DNA of 43,052 bases from Bdellovibrionales bacterium (GTDB taxonomy: Bacteria; Bdellovibrionota; Bdellovibrionia; Bdellovibrionales; JAEYZS01). The position numbers were made by a program, and so were the translations under genes. The notes beneath the pieces were generated by a model, which had not been told where the DNA came from, searched no databases, and worked only from the letters and a program-made list of their open reading frames with translations. The stretch covers positions 1 through 43,052 of the forward strand of contig JANMFM010000253.1 of assembly GCA_031374125.1 (NCBI GenBank), given 5' to 3'. The first letter of the stretch is position 1. Each line of letters begins with the position of its first letter. Below are positions 9,390 through 19,130 of this stretch, in pieces.

Positions 9390-11042
9390 ATGACAAAATT
9401 ATGGTCGAGCTTAATTGCTCAATTTAAAAATTTTTACAAGAACCTAACGCCAACAAAGCGCATGTCAATGATCGCATCGCTTGGGATCGTGTTGGCCTCA
9501 GTCACGATAGTGTCTGTAATGATGTCGAGCACTAGTTTTGTTCCGATGATGAAGGATGTTTCTTCAGAAAGTTTACCTCTTGTTATTGAAAAGTTAAAAT
9601 CCAAGAACATTCCGTTCAAAGTTGAAGACGGTGGAAAAACAATTTCCGTTCCGCCTGAGCATGTTTACACAACTCAAATGGCATTGATGACAGAGCTTGG
9701 AACGAGTCATGTGGGTAATATTGGTTTGGAGTTATTTGATAAGCAAGATCTAGGCGCTACAAGTTACGTCCAAAGAATCAATTATCAACGTGCCCTTCAG
9801 GGTGAATTGATGAGAGCCATCAACAGCTTGGATGCAGTGAAGAAGTCAAAAGTTCTCTTGGCTCTTCCACCAAAGAAAACTTTTCTAGAAGAAGCAGGGA
9901 AAACCACGGCTTCTGTGACAGTGGATCTGCACCCAGGAAAGACTCTTTCTGAAGATCAAGTTCGAGGTATTACAAATTTAGTGGCTTCGTCTGTTGAGAA
10001 TCTAACTCCAGAAAATGTAACGGTCGTAGATTCGAGAGGTAAGGTTCTTTCTAAAAATAATGGTGATTCAGTTTCGGCAATGTCCTTAGAGATGATGGAA
10101 TTGAAAGAAAAAACCGAAAGACAATTAGAAAATCGAATTGAAGGAATTCTAACTCGCGTAGTAGGCCAAGGAAAAGTGATCGCAAAAGTGAATGCGGATA
10201 TCAATAGCCGTGATGTGGTGTCGGTAGAAGAAATCATTGATCCCGATAAGACTGCGGTGAAATCTACAATTACCGAAGATGAAAAATTAAATGGCAACAG
10301 AAGAAATCCAACGGGTGTGCCAGGAGCCAGAGCAAATCTTCCGGGTGCGGAAGAAGGCCAACAAGTGGCTTTCAACCAAGATGTGTCTAAAGAATATAAA
10401 ACAATCAATTACGATGTGCCAAAAACAGTTAGAAATATAAAAGAAGCTCCAGGAGCTATCGAGAGAATCAGTATCTCGGTTGTAGTCGATGGCGTAATGG
10501 AAAATATTAAAAAAGAAGATGGCACTTTCGAAAAGCAATACAAGCAAAGATCGCCTGAAGAACTTCAAAAATATGCTTCTTTAGTTCGCGGAGCCATTGG
10601 TTTTAGTGAAAAGCGTGGCGATACGTTCACGATCGAAAATATGCAATTTGAGCAAGAAAATTTTGAAGAAGCAGAGCAAATTCTCAATTCACTTGAGAGA
10701 AGAAAGTTATTCTCTTACATGTTGAAGTGGGGAATCATTGGCTTAGCCTTCCTGTTGTTCTTCTTTGTGGTAGTGAGACCATTCATGAGATGGATCACAG
10801 ATAACTTCCAAGAATCTGTGGAAGAATTGTTGCCCAAAACAATTGAAGAGTTAGAAGAATTGCAATCTGTAGACAATACTTTACCGGGCATGTCAGCAGC
10901 ACTTCCTTCGCTTGAGGAGTCTATCGATCCTGACAAAGCAGAAAGTGAATTACTAAAAGATAGAATTCTTGGATTGGTGGGAAGTAACAACCGGAAAGCG
11001 GCTGATGCTCTTGGCCTGTGGCTTGTAAGGAGAGATTCGTGA
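9390..11042 (+). CDS. fliF: Flagellar MS-ring protein FliF
   Basis: Two TM segments, GLELFDK, NYQRALQGEL, ASVTV, LVASSVENL. Confidence 0.95.
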   Translation: MTKLWSSLIAQFKNFYKNLTPTKRMSMIASLGIVLASVTIVSVMMSSTSFVPMMKDVSSESLPLVIEKLKSKNIPFKVEDGGKTISVPPEHVYTTQMALMTELGTSHVGNIGLELFDKQDLGATSYVQRINYQRALQGELMRAINSLDAVKKSKVLLALPPKKTFLEEAGKTTASVTVDLHPGKTLSEDQVRGITNLVASSVENLTPENVTVVDSRGKVLSKNNGDSVSAMSLEMMELKEKTERQLENRIEGILTRVVGQGKVIAKVNADINSRDVVSVEEIIDPDKTAVKSTITEDEKLNGNRRNPTGVPGARANLPGAEEGQQVAFNQDVSKEYKTINYDVPKTVRNIKEAPGAIERISISVVVDGVMENIKKEDGTFEKQYKQRSPEELQKYASLVRGAIGFSEKRGDTFTIENMQFEQENFEEAEQILNSLERRKLFSYMLKWGIIGLAFLLFFFVVVRPFMRWITDNFQESVEELLPKTIEELEELQSVDNTLPGMSAALPSLEESIDPDKAESELLKDRILGLVGSNNRKAADALGLWLVRRDS

Positions 11043-12073
11043 GCGGTCTTAAAAAACTAGAAAATATGAAGTTTGAAGAACTCAAAGGATTTGAGAAGGC
11101 AGCAATCCTTCTGAACTACTTGGGTAAAGATGCTACGACTCAAATGCTTCAATTCTTAGATGATGCTGATATCAGAAAACTTCTTGGAATCATGAATAGA
11201 TTGAGAGTGGTTCCAGTAGATATCACCAAAAAAGTATTAGAAGAGTTCTATGAAATGATAAGTGAAAGTAATGAATATATTTTCTCCGCGGACTTAACTA
11301 ATAAAGACAATATCGTAAATGCGGTTGGGGAAGAGCGCGCTCGCGGAATCTTGGGTCACTTGAATACAAAAGGAACATCAAGAAGCTTAGAAAGCTTAGA
11401 AACTGTAGATGCTAAATCATTGTCAAATTTTTTGATCAATGAACACCCACAAACAATCGCGGTGGTCTTGGCCCATTTGGAGCCTGAGAAAAAAGCTGAA
11501 GTGATCAAGCGTTTACCAGAAAATATCCAGACGGAAGTGGTATTGAGACTTTCTAACTTGGATTATATTTCTCCTGCATTGATTGCAGAATTGGATCAAG
11601 TGTTGAAGGAAGAGCTTTCAACTGTGGGCACTGTGGATCAGGCATCTTTGGGTGGTGTACAGCCAGTAGCCGAGATGATGAACATCATGGACAAAAATAC
11701 AGAATCGCAAATTATGGGTCGATTGGAAGAAAAAGATCCTATTTTGGCAGAAGAAATCAGAAAATTGATGTTTGTATTCGAAGACATTACAAAAATCGAC
11801 GACAAAGGCATTCAAACTCTTCTCAAGGAAGTTCCAAACGACAAGCTTCTGCTTTCTCTCAAAACTGCAAACGAAGATATTCGTGGAAAAATCTTCAAGA
11901 ATATCTCTGCTCGTGCGGCTCAATTATTGAGAGAAGATTTAGAGTCTATGGGCCCAGCAAGGTTGTCAGATGTTGAATCTGCACAACAAGAGATTGTGAA
12001 TGTAGCGAGAAAACTAGAGCAAGAAGGAAAGATCTTAATCGCAAGAGGCGGTTCGGAGGATGCACTTGTCTAA
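11039..12073 (+). CDS. fliG: Flagellar motor switch protein FliG
   Basis: EKAAILL, EHPQTIAVVLAHL, MFVFEDI, GPARLSDVE. GTG 11039 overlaps the fliF stop. Confidence 0.95.
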   Translation: MSGLKKLENMKFEELKGFEKAAILLNYLGKDATTQMLQFLDDADIRKLLGIMNRLRVVPVDITKKVLEEFYEMISESNEYIFSADLTNKDNIVNAVGEERARGILGHLNTKGTSRSLESLETVDAKSLSNFLINEHPQTIAVVLAHLEPEKKAEVIKRLPENIQTEVVLRLSNLDYISPALIAELDQVLKEELSTVGTVDQASLGGVQPVAEMMNIMDKNTESQIMGRLEEKDPILAEEIRKLMFVFEDITKIDDKGIQTLLKEVPNDKLLLSLKTANEDIRGKIFKNISARAAQLLREDLESMGPARLSDVESAQQEIVNVARKLEQEGKILIARGGSEDALV

Positions 12074-12851
12074 TTTCACTAGGTCTAACTTTGTACGCAC
12101 AAGTATTGTTATTCGTCATGATGACGAAGACAAAAAGGGTGTTCTCAACTATGAGGCAAAGAAGATCGATATGGATATGCCTCGTTCGGCAAGGCAATTT
12201 GTAACCGAGCAGCCTTTGGATCTAGGACCTCAATTCGTTATTGATGAACTGATTTCTAAACAGACGGGTATTTTTGAAAAAGAAAAAATGAAAGCCGAGC
12301 AAGCGATAGATGATAAAGTTATCGAAAAGCTTAAAGACATTCAGGAAAAAGCCTATAAAGAAGCTTATGAATTGGGATTGGAAGAAGGCAAAAAACTTGC
12401 CTATGACAATAATCAAGAAGCAATTAAGTTTCATCTTTCAGAAATGATCACGTTATTTGAAAATTTAAAAACTATGAAAAAAGACATCTTAAATAAAAAC
12501 GAAAGTGTCTTTGTAGATTTGATCTATCACATTGCAGAAAAAGTTGTCATGGAACACGTTCAAAAGAGTGAGACGACAACCGTAGAGGTGATCAAGCAAG
12601 TTGTTGATTCTCTCGATGTAAAAGAAGATATTTCGGTAAGATTGAACCAAGAAGATTTTGCAATCATGCAAAAGCTTATGGGCGACAATAGTCAAGAAGC
12701 GGAGATCTTTAAAAAATTAAAATTCTACGCAGATCCAGAAATCCAAAAGGGCGGATGTATGTTCGAGACCAATCACGGATTGGTTGATGCAACTCTCGAA
12801 GAGAGAATTGCAAAGCTTTGGACGCTTTTAAATCAAACCAAACCAGTGTAA
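12060..12851 (+). CDS. fliH: Flagellar assembly protein FliH
   Basis: AYxxG/GxxxG-type segment (KAYKEAYELGLEEG), GGCMFETNHGLVDATLE, position between fliG and fliI. Confidence 0.88.
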   Translation: MHLSNFTRSNFVRTSIVIRHDDEDKKGVLNYEAKKIDMDMPRSARQFVTEQPLDLGPQFVIDELISKQTGIFEKEKMKAEQAIDDKVIEKLKDIQEKAYKEAYELGLEEGKKLAYDNNQEAIKFHLSEMITLFENLKTMKKDILNKNESVFVDLIYHIAEKVVMEHVQKSETTTVEVIKQVVDSLDVKEDISVRLNQEDFAIMQKLMGDNSQEAEIFKKLKFYADPEIQKGGCMFETNHGLVDATLEERIAKLWTLLNQTKPV

Positions 12852-12873
12852 ATAAAAACAAACGGAGATTTTT

Positions 12874-14196
12874 TTGGATACGGTTTTAAAACTTGATAAG
12901 TACAAAAAAATTCTCGATCAGAATTCTCTTTCAAAAGACGTAGGGAAAATCACGCGAGTTGTGGGAAGCTTGCTTGAAGGCTACCTTCCTGGTGCCTCGG
13001 TGGGCAGTCAATGTTATGTGCAAGCTGCAAATAAAAAACAAGTTTTAGCAGAGGTTGTTGGATTCAAAGATCAAAAGGCACTCATGATGCCATTCTACGA
13101 TATTCAAGGAATTGGCTTAGGATCAAAAATTGTTTTAGATAAGCAAGTTTCTACAATCAAAGTCGGTAAAAATATTCTTGGAAGAATTCTTAACGGATTG
13201 GGACAAGAGATTGATGGTCATGGACCTGTAGAAACTCATGATGAAATTGATATCTATAGAAAATCAGTAAACCCATTGCAAAGAAGACCCATCGAAGAGC
13301 CTTTGGATCTCGGTGTAAGGGCGATCAATAGTCTTATCACTGTCGGAAAAGGTCAGCGTATTGGTATTATGGCGGGTTCAGGCGTGGGGAAGTCCGTGTT
13401 GCTAGGGCAAATGGCAAAGAACACTCAAGCAGATGTGAATGTGATTGCATTGATAGGCGAGAGGGGCCGTGAGGTTCGTGAGTTTATCGAGAGCGATTTG
13501 GGACCTGAAGGTTTAGCAAGATCGGTGATCGTCTGTGCAACGTCAGATGAAAGCCCACTCATGAGAATGAGAGGCGCCTTTGTTGCGACAGCAATTGCAG
13601 AATATTTTTCTGATATGGGGCTTAACGTTTTATTTATGATGGACTCAGTGACTCGTTTTGCAATGGCGCAAAGAGAAATTGGACTCAACATCGGCGAGCC
13701 GGCAACAACAAAAGGTTACACGCCAAGTGTATTTGCATTGTTGCCAAAATTATTAGAAAGAATGGGCTCATTTGAATCAGGAAGTTCAATCACAGGTCTT
13801 TATACTGTTTTAGTAGAAGGCGATGATATGGACGATCCAATTGCCGATTCAGTAAGATCAATTGTTGATGGTCATATTGTCTTAACTAGAAAACTAGCTC
13901 ACAAGGGTCATTTCCCTGCCATCGATGTGCTTCAAAGTTCAAGTCGTGTGATGAGAAAAGTAATTGCACCGGAGCACATGAACTTTGCCCATCAATTCAA
14001 AGAGCTTTTAGCAACTTACGCGGATGCGGAAGATCTAATTAATATTGGAGCTTATAAAGCTGGAGCTAGCCCAAAGATTGATAGAGCAGTAAGGCTTCAC
14101 GATAAGATGGATCAATTTTTAAAACAAAATATAGACGAGAAAGCCAGTTTTAATGATTCGCTTTATGGAATGGTAGATATCTTAAGCGGTGGATGA
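12874..14196 (+). CDS. fliI: Flagellar export ATPase FliI
   Basis: AGSGVGKS, ALIGERGREVREF, MDSVTRFAMAQRE, DGHIVL. Confidence 0.96.
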   Translation: MDTVLKLDKYKKILDQNSLSKDVGKITRVVGSLLEGYLPGASVGSQCYVQAANKKQVLAEVVGFKDQKALMMPFYDIQGIGLGSKIVLDKQVSTIKVGKNILGRILNGLGQEIDGHGPVETHDEIDIYRKSVNPLQRRPIEEPLDLGVRAINSLITVGKGQRIGIMAGSGVGKSVLLGQMAKNTQADVNVIALIGERGREVREFIESDLGPEGLARSVIVCATSDESPLMRMRGAFVATAIAEYFSDMGLNVLFMMDSVTRFAMAQREIGLNIGEPATTKGYTPSVFALLPKLLERMGSFESGSSITGLYTVLVEGDDMDDPIADSVRSIVDGHIVLTRKLAHKGHFPAIDVLQSSSRVMRKVIAPEHMNFAHQFKELLATYADAEDLINIGAYKAGASPKIDRAVRLHDKMDQFLKQNIDEKASFNDSLYGMVDILSGG

Positions 14197-14266
14197 TAGA
14201 ATTTAGATAACATCTCTAAAAAAGTGGACATGAAGTCCGCTTTGCGACGACAGAAAGTTGAAGCCA

Positions 14267-14710
14267 ATGAAGTTTAAGTTCGCGCTAGAAAAAGTGCTTA
14301 AGCATAAAAAAATCCTGGAAGACCAGGCCAAGAAAGACTTTGGCGAAATTTCTAAAAGACTTAGAGATCAAGAGCAATTCCTGAAAAATTTAGAAGCGGA
14401 TCTCAAGACAGCATTTGAAAATAAACATCAAATTCAAATCATGGGTGGAAATATAGGCGCATACCTAGAATTTTTCCATAACTATTACAACGCTCAGAAG
14501 AAATTAATCGAGAACCAAAAGAAAATCATTGCAGGGTTTGAGCGTATTCTCGAAGAGAAAAGACAATTTCTCGTACAAGCAGCCAGAGATCATAAGACCT
14601 TTATAATGTTAAAAGAAAAGAAAAAATTAGAATTTAAAAAAGAATTAAATAAACGCGAACAGAAACGTCTCGATGATATGAACATCATGAGACACGATAA
14701 GGCAGTGTAA
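14267..14710 (+). CDS. fliJ: Flagellar export chaperone FliJ
   Basis: MKFKFALEKVL N-terminus, coiled coil, EQKRLDD C-terminus; follows fliI. Confidence 0.88.
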   Translation: MKFKFALEKVLKHKKILEDQAKKDFGEISKRLRDQEQFLKNLEADLKTAFENKHQIQIMGGNIGAYLEFFHNYYNAQKKLIENQKKIIAGFERILEEKRQFLVQAARDHKTFIMLKEKKKLEFKKELNKREQKRLDDMNIMRHDKAV

Positions 14711-14712
14711 TA

Positions 14713-15495
14713 ATGAAAACAGGGTACGACACACACTTTAAAAAAATTCAAAAGAACTCACGCTTTCAAGTGAAGCCGAATAGCTCTCCTGCGGCCAATC
14801 GCCCAGAGGGAATGAAAGTTCAAAAGAAAAAGAGGAAGCAAGGTTTTCCTCTTGCATCAGTTCTTTCGACTTTGTGCATTTTGGGAGGAGCTACATACGG
14901 ATATATCAATCCTGATCAAGTTGATCAGTACTTAAGTAAGATTGAAATTGGATTTTTAGGTCAATCGTTTGCAGAAAGCGCACCAGCACCAAATGCGTCT
15001 AAAGGGCAAAAAGCTCCTGCGGAATCTGCAAAAATGGAAAAATCTGCCGACGGCAAAAGTCTTGAAACAAAAACAAAAACAACGACAGCTACGGGTCTCA
15101 CTTCCGAAGAAATCGCTCTTTTCAATAGTTTAGATGACAGAAAAAAACAACTGGACGTGAAAGAAGCGGAACTGAAAAAGTTGGAAGAAGAATTGCATAA
15201 TCAAAAGGTAGAGCTCGAAAAGCGTTTAGCAAGTTTGGAGCAACTGAGAACGCAAATTGGGAATCAGTTGCAAGAAAGAGTGAACGCAGATGCTGAGCAA
15301 GTAGATAAGTTAGTGGCTTTCTACTCTTCGATGAAACCGCAAACGGCGGCCAAGGTCATCGAAAAATTAAATGAGGACTTGGCAGTTGAAGTTCTCAAGA
15401 AGATGAAAAAGAAAGAAGCTGCTGAGATCATGAATATGATCGAACCAGATAAAGCTCAGAGATTGAGCGAGAAGTTTGCTGGATATAAAAAATAG
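14713..15495 (+). CDS. MotE/FlbB/YlxF-like flagellar protein (TM, coiled coil, MgtE_N-like domain)
   Basis: KLVAFYSSMKPQTAAKVIEKL...LKKMKKKEAAEIM; position after fliJ. Confidence 0.8.
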   Translation: MKTGYDTHFKKIQKNSRFQVKPNSSPAANRPEGMKVQKKKRKQGFPLASVLSTLCILGGATYGYINPDQVDQYLSKIEIGFLGQSFAESAPAPNASKGQKAPAESAKMEKSADGKSLETKTKTTTATGLTSEEIALFNSLDDRKKQLDVKEAELKKLEEELHNQKVELEKRLASLEQLRTQIGNQLQERVNADAEQVDKLVAFYSSMKPQTAAKVIEKLNEDLAVEVLKKMKKKEAAEIMNMIEPDKAQRLSEKFAGYKK

Positions 15496-15530
15496 TTAGG
15501 ATAAAAAATAGTTAGGATAAGAAATAGTTA
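15481..15530 (+). repeat. About 16-bp tandem repeat x3 spanning the motE-like stop and fliK leader
   Basis: ggatataaaaaatagtta / ggataaaaaatagtta / ggataagaaatagtta. Confidence 0.85.
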
Positions 15531-15557
15531 ATAGACGGGATTGGGGAACGAACTAAG

Positions 15558-17387
15558 ATGGTATCAGGAATTGGGTTAGGAAAATTTAATCCGCTCGATA
15601 TGAAGGAGACTGCAAAGTCTTCCAAGCCTTCTTCTTTTGATTCTTCATCTTCGGGCCTAAATTCTTCTAAAGACGTTACACCTCGCTCAATCAACTCTTC
15701 GGTGTCACAAAATAAATCTTTAGAGAAATCCGGAGAGAAATCCGTAGAAAAATCTGATCAAAAAGAATTCAATAGCAAAGTCGAAAGTTACTCAAAAGAA
15801 CCGCAAAATTCTTCAAAAGTAGACAAGTCTGGTAAGTTTACAGAAAAAGAAATTAAAGAAGCTCAATCTGAAATACAGAAAAATTCACAGAAAAATTCAC
15901 AGAAAAATTCACAGGAAAATTTACAGAATGGTTCTGAAATCCCGCAGATGGCAATGCTTCAAGGGGTTCAGCCAGTATTTATAAATCAACAAGCTCAAGC
16001 CCCGGTAGAAGTGAAGTCTTCCGACTCAGTTGGATTGAACTTAGAGAATGTGTCTGGCAAAGTGTCAGAACAGACACAGCCGGTTCTTCAATTCTTAAAA
16101 GCAATGCAAGAGAACTTTGGAATTAGCCCTCATCAAGTGATGAAGGCTTTAGGTGAAATGCCAACAGAAACAATGTTGCAATCACCGCAAGCGGCAATGA
16201 CTCCGCTTTTTGAAAAATTAGGAATCCAACCAAAGCAATTCACTAAGGCTCAAATCTTGTACACAGAGATGTTAACGGCAATGGAAAAAAATCCGCCAGA
16301 AGCATTTAGTGGCAAACTTGCAGTTGGAGCGGGTGCTGCTGGCTTAGGCGCAGCTGCTGCTATGAAGTCCTCTGAGCTTCCAGTTCAGATGATGGACAAG
16401 CCCGTCGCAGGACCAAAATCAACATTGGATCAGTTGATCGAACAAAAAATTTCAAGACGTGCTCTAGAGCCCTCAAATATGAAAGGTGCTCTTCCACAAG
16501 TTCAGCAGCCGCAAGTCAATATGGCACAAGTATTTAAGATGGACTCGAGCCAAATGAATCCATTGGCTACACCAGTAGATATGGATTCGGTAGCGCTTAA
16601 TAAATTACAAGAATTAGATCCAAACTTAAGAATCGAAGACATCAAAATCAATCCTAACAGAGTGACTGAACAATTCTCATCAAGCGCACCGATTTTAGGT
16701 GCAGGTGCAGCAGTTACGGCTTTAGCGGCAGCGACTAAAGATCAACAAAAAGATATGTCTGAAGAAGAAATGAAAGATCAATTTGCGGAGCAGATTGGTC
16801 AAATGCCAACAGACAAAAAATTAGATGGTCAATTTGCAATGGACAAGCTTGGAGCTCCAGTAGCGGCCGGGACATTGGCAGGCCAACCGAATCAACTTTC
16901 AAATGAAAACGTAGAAAAATTAATTTCAGGATCGCAAACTCTGATTAAAAAGGGTGGCGGAGAAATGAAAATCCAACTCAATCCAGAGGGATTGGGTAAA
17001 ATCCACGTGAATATTCAAGTGAAAGACGGCCAAGTTGGTGTGCAGATGATGGCTGATACTCATGAAGCGAAAAAACTTCTTGAGACAAGCATGAGTGATT
17101 TAAAAGTAGGATTGGCAGATCACAAATTAAACTTGAACCACATGAAAGTGGATGTCTCTGAACAGGCTTCTCAAAATATGAATCAAAATCATGATTTTAA
17201 GAGAGAAGAAGCGAGAGATTTCTTAGGACAATTTAGGCAATTCAATGAAGGTTTTAGACATGGTGCAAATGATACATCGGGAGCGAGAGCTTATAAAAAA
17301 GCGGCACAACCAACTCCAGATATTAATCCGGTGGAATCAAGAAGATCAGACTCAAACAAGTCTGGTGGGTTGTACTTAGTAGCGTAG
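15558..17387 (+). CDS. fliK: Flagellar hook-length control protein FliK
   Basis: Low-complexity N-terminus and the C-terminal T3S4 motif MKIQLNPEGLGKIHVNI; precedes flgD. Confidence 0.9.
   Translation: MVSGIGLGKFNPLDMKETAKSSKPSSFDSSSSGLNSSKDVTPRSINSSVSQNKSLEKSGEKSVEKSDQKEFNSKVESYSKEPQNSSKVDKSGKFTEKEIKEAQSEIQKNSQKNSQKNSQENLQNGSEIPQMAMLQGVQPVFINQQAQAPVEVKSSDSVGLNLENVSGKVSEQTQPVLQFLKAMQENFGISPHQVMKALGEMPTETMLQSPQAAMTPLFEKLGIQPKQFTKAQILYTEMLTAMEKNPPEAFSGKLAVGAGAAGLGAAAAMKSSELPVQMMDKPVAGPKSTLDQLIEQKISRRALEPSNMKGALPQVQQPQVNMAQVFKMDSSQMNPLATPVDMDSVALNKLQELDPNLRIEDIKINPNRVTEQFSSSAPILGAGAAVTALAAATKDQQKDMSEEEMKDQFAEQIGQMPTDKKLDGQFAMDKLGAPVAAGTLAGQPNQLSNENVEKLISGSQTLIKKGGGEMKIQLNPEGLGKIHVNIQVKDGQVGVQMMADTHEAKKLLETSMSDLKVGLADHKLNLNHMKVDVSEQASQNMNQNHDFKREEARDFLGQFRQFNEGFRHGANDTSGARAYKKAAQPTPDINPVESRRSDSNKSGGLYLVA
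15876..15923 (+). repeat. In-frame 12-bp tandem repeat in fliK (QKNS x3 plus QENL)
   Basis: cagaaaaattca x3 then caggaaaattta; another EKS(G/V/D) triplet at about 15723-15758. Confidence 0.9.
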
Positions 17388-17395
17388 CTGGATGC

Positions 17396-17456
17396 AGTAG
17401 TCGCCTTAGCGACTACTAGAGAAACGTATGAATAGGAGTCGCCACAGCGACTGCTG
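17396..17456 (+). repeat. Flagellar intergenic hairpin motif, copies 2 and 3 (between fliK and flgD)
   Basis: AGTAGTCGC-CTTA-GCGACTACT (17396-17417) and TAGGAGTCGC-CACA-GCGACTGCTG (17433-17456). Confidence 0.7.
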
Positions 17457-17465
17457 GGATAAGAA

Positions 17466-18509
17466 ATGAACGTAAAGTTGAATACAAAATTAATTAACGA
17501 TAAGCCCAACGAAAAGCTTGAAGGCACTTACAACAAGGCTTCAAATCTGGATGCAAAAAAATCAGAAGAGTTTTTCCAAGGTAAGGACATGGGTCAGGTT
17601 CTCAATGAGATCTCTGATCCAAACTGGGTTGATCCAAAGAAAATGAGAAGAGCTGAAAGCAAGATGGATAAAGATGCTTTCATGAAATTGATGCTCACTC
17701 AGCTGAAGTATCAAGATCCAATGAACCCACTCGAATCACATGAGATGGCTGCTCAATTGGCTCAGTTCTCGCAACTAGAACAATTATCAAATATTGATGA
17801 AAGCGTAAAGAGTTTAAAAACTGCCCAAGACCCAATGGCCAACTATCAAGCATTGAATTTCATTGGCAAGTCTGTGACTACGAATACTGAAAAGATCATT
17901 CGTAGCAAAGGCGATAATACCCATGACTTAAGATTCTCTATTCCACAAGGTGCTCGTGAAGTGACTGTAAAGATCATGGATGAAGTGGGAGAAGTTGTTA
18001 AGACTGTTAAAGCTACAAATTTAAAACCAGGTGAAAACACACTCACTTGGAATGGAACTAAGAATGATGGTTACCCAGCGTTCTCTGGAAATTACACCAT
18101 CGCAGTAGAAGGAGTCTCTGAACAAGGCACGAAAATCGTTGGCAGAACAACTGCCTCTGGTGTTGTGACAGGATTGAATTATTCTCCTGAAGGACCAATC
18201 TTAATGATCGGTGATCAAAAAGTAAGATTGAGTGACGTAAAAAACATTGAAGACTTAAATGAAAAGATGGCTCAACAAATTAGAGAGCAAGGAAAACAAG
18301 CTCCGCAAGTTCCAGGACAAGCGGTAGCACCGGCGGGACAAAATGGGGCAAATGCTTCCCCGCCTAATGTCTCTAAAGTGACAAAGTCAAGTGGGTCTAA
18401 AGCAGAAGTTGCTGGAGCTCCAGATCGTCCTAAGGGTAATATTAATAATATACCTATGAGTGGGGAGCTTCAACAAATGTTAGCAAAAGAAGGTTCGCTT
18501 AAGAGTTAA
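17466..18509 (+). CDS. flgD: Flagellar hook capping protein FlgD
   Basis: DKDAFMKLMLTQLKYQDPMNP, AQLAQFSQLEQL, FlgD Ig domain (LTWNG). Confidence 0.93.
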   Translation: MNVKLNTKLINDKPNEKLEGTYNKASNLDAKKSEEFFQGKDMGQVLNEISDPNWVDPKKMRRAESKMDKDAFMKLMLTQLKYQDPMNPLESHEMAAQLAQFSQLEQLSNIDESVKSLKTAQDPMANYQALNFIGKSVTTNTEKIIRSKGDNTHDLRFSIPQGAREVTVKIMDEVGEVVKTVKATNLKPGENTLTWNGTKNDGYPAFSGNYTIAVEGVSEQGTKIVGRTTASGVVTGLNYSPEGPILMIGDQKVRLSDVKNIEDLNEKMAQQIREQGKQAPQVPGQAVAPAGQNGANASPPNVSKVTKSSGSKAEVAGAPDRPKGNINNIPMSGELQQMLAKEGSLKS

Positions 18510-18524
18510 GAATAGAGAGAGGAA

Positions 18525-18553
18525 TAGTTGTCGCTCGGTAGAGCGACACTGAG
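18525..18553 (+). repeat. Flagellar intergenic hairpin motif, copy 4
   Basis: TAGTTGTCGCTC-GGTA-GAGCGACACTGAG, then GCAAGAAGA-ATG (18563). Confidence 0.8.
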
Positions 18554-18562
18554 GCAAGAAGA

Positions 18563-18994
18563 ATGTTAAAAAATATGGGATCGATACAACCTAATTCTCA
18601 AGTGACTCCATCGACCGGTGGAATCAACAAGGGAATCTCCGCAAAAGACGGAGAATTATTCAAAGGTCTTTTAGACAAAGAAGTGTCTAAAGACTTGAAG
18701 GATTTAGGCCAAGCGAAACCTCAATTAACTCAAGGAGACGGTTTAAAATTTTCTACGCATGCGATCGAGCGAATCCAGTCACGTGGAATCAAGCTCACAC
18801 CGGATGATATGAAGAAGTTAAACGATGCAGTTGATAAAGCCATTCAAAAAGGCTCTAAAGACACGCTTGTGTTAATGGGTGAAAATGCTTTTGTTGTAAG
18901 TGCAAAAAATAAAACTGTAATTACAGCAATGGACAAAAACCAAATGAAAGAAAACGTGTTTACGAATATCGATAGCACAGTTTTCATGGGTTAA
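18563..18994 (+). CDS. TIGR02530-family flagellar operon protein
   Basis: LKFSTHAIERIQSRGI...KGSKDTLVL...NKTVITAMD...ENVFTNIDS, between flgD and flgE. Confidence 0.9.
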   Translation: MLKNMGSIQPNSQVTPSTGGINKGISAKDGELFKGLLDKEVSKDLKDLGQAKPQLTQGDGLKFSTHAIERIQSRGIKLTPDDMKKLNDAVDKAIQKGSKDTLVLMGENAFVVSAKNKTVITAMDKNQMKENVFTNIDSTVFMG

Positions 18995-19002
18995 GAAAAA
19001 CT

Positions 19003-19029
19003 TAGTTGTCGCTTGGGAGCGGCGCTGAG
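19003..19029 (+). repeat. Flagellar intergenic hairpin motif, copy 5 (start of flgE leader)
   Basis: TAGTTGTCGCT-TGGG-AGCGGCGCTGAG. Confidence 0.8.
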
Positions 19030-19076
19030 ACTAGTTAAAAGGGGTATTGGGGTTTTAAAGTTACGGATTAATAATT

Positions 19077-19130
19077 AGGGGCTGGACCCGCAAGGGGGGC
19101 CCTCCAAATCTCGAATAGAATGTTCGAGAT
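19077..19130 (+). promoter_or_regulatory. Structured GC-rich element in the flgE leader
   Basis: AGGGGCTGGACCC-GCAA-GGGGGGCCCT (GNRA-capped stem), followed by ATCTCGAA-N7-TTCGAGAT. Confidence 0.55.

Noticed and set aside
14217-14244. Possible sigma28 promoter before fliJ (TAAA-N15-TCCGCTTT)
   Set aside because: The -10 match is poor; a simple hairpin (AAAGTGGAC/GTCCGCTTT) explains it better.
8999-19029. Hairpin repeats as a CRISPR array or IS ends
   Set aside because: The copies are dispersed between genes, with no regular spacers, cas genes or transposase.
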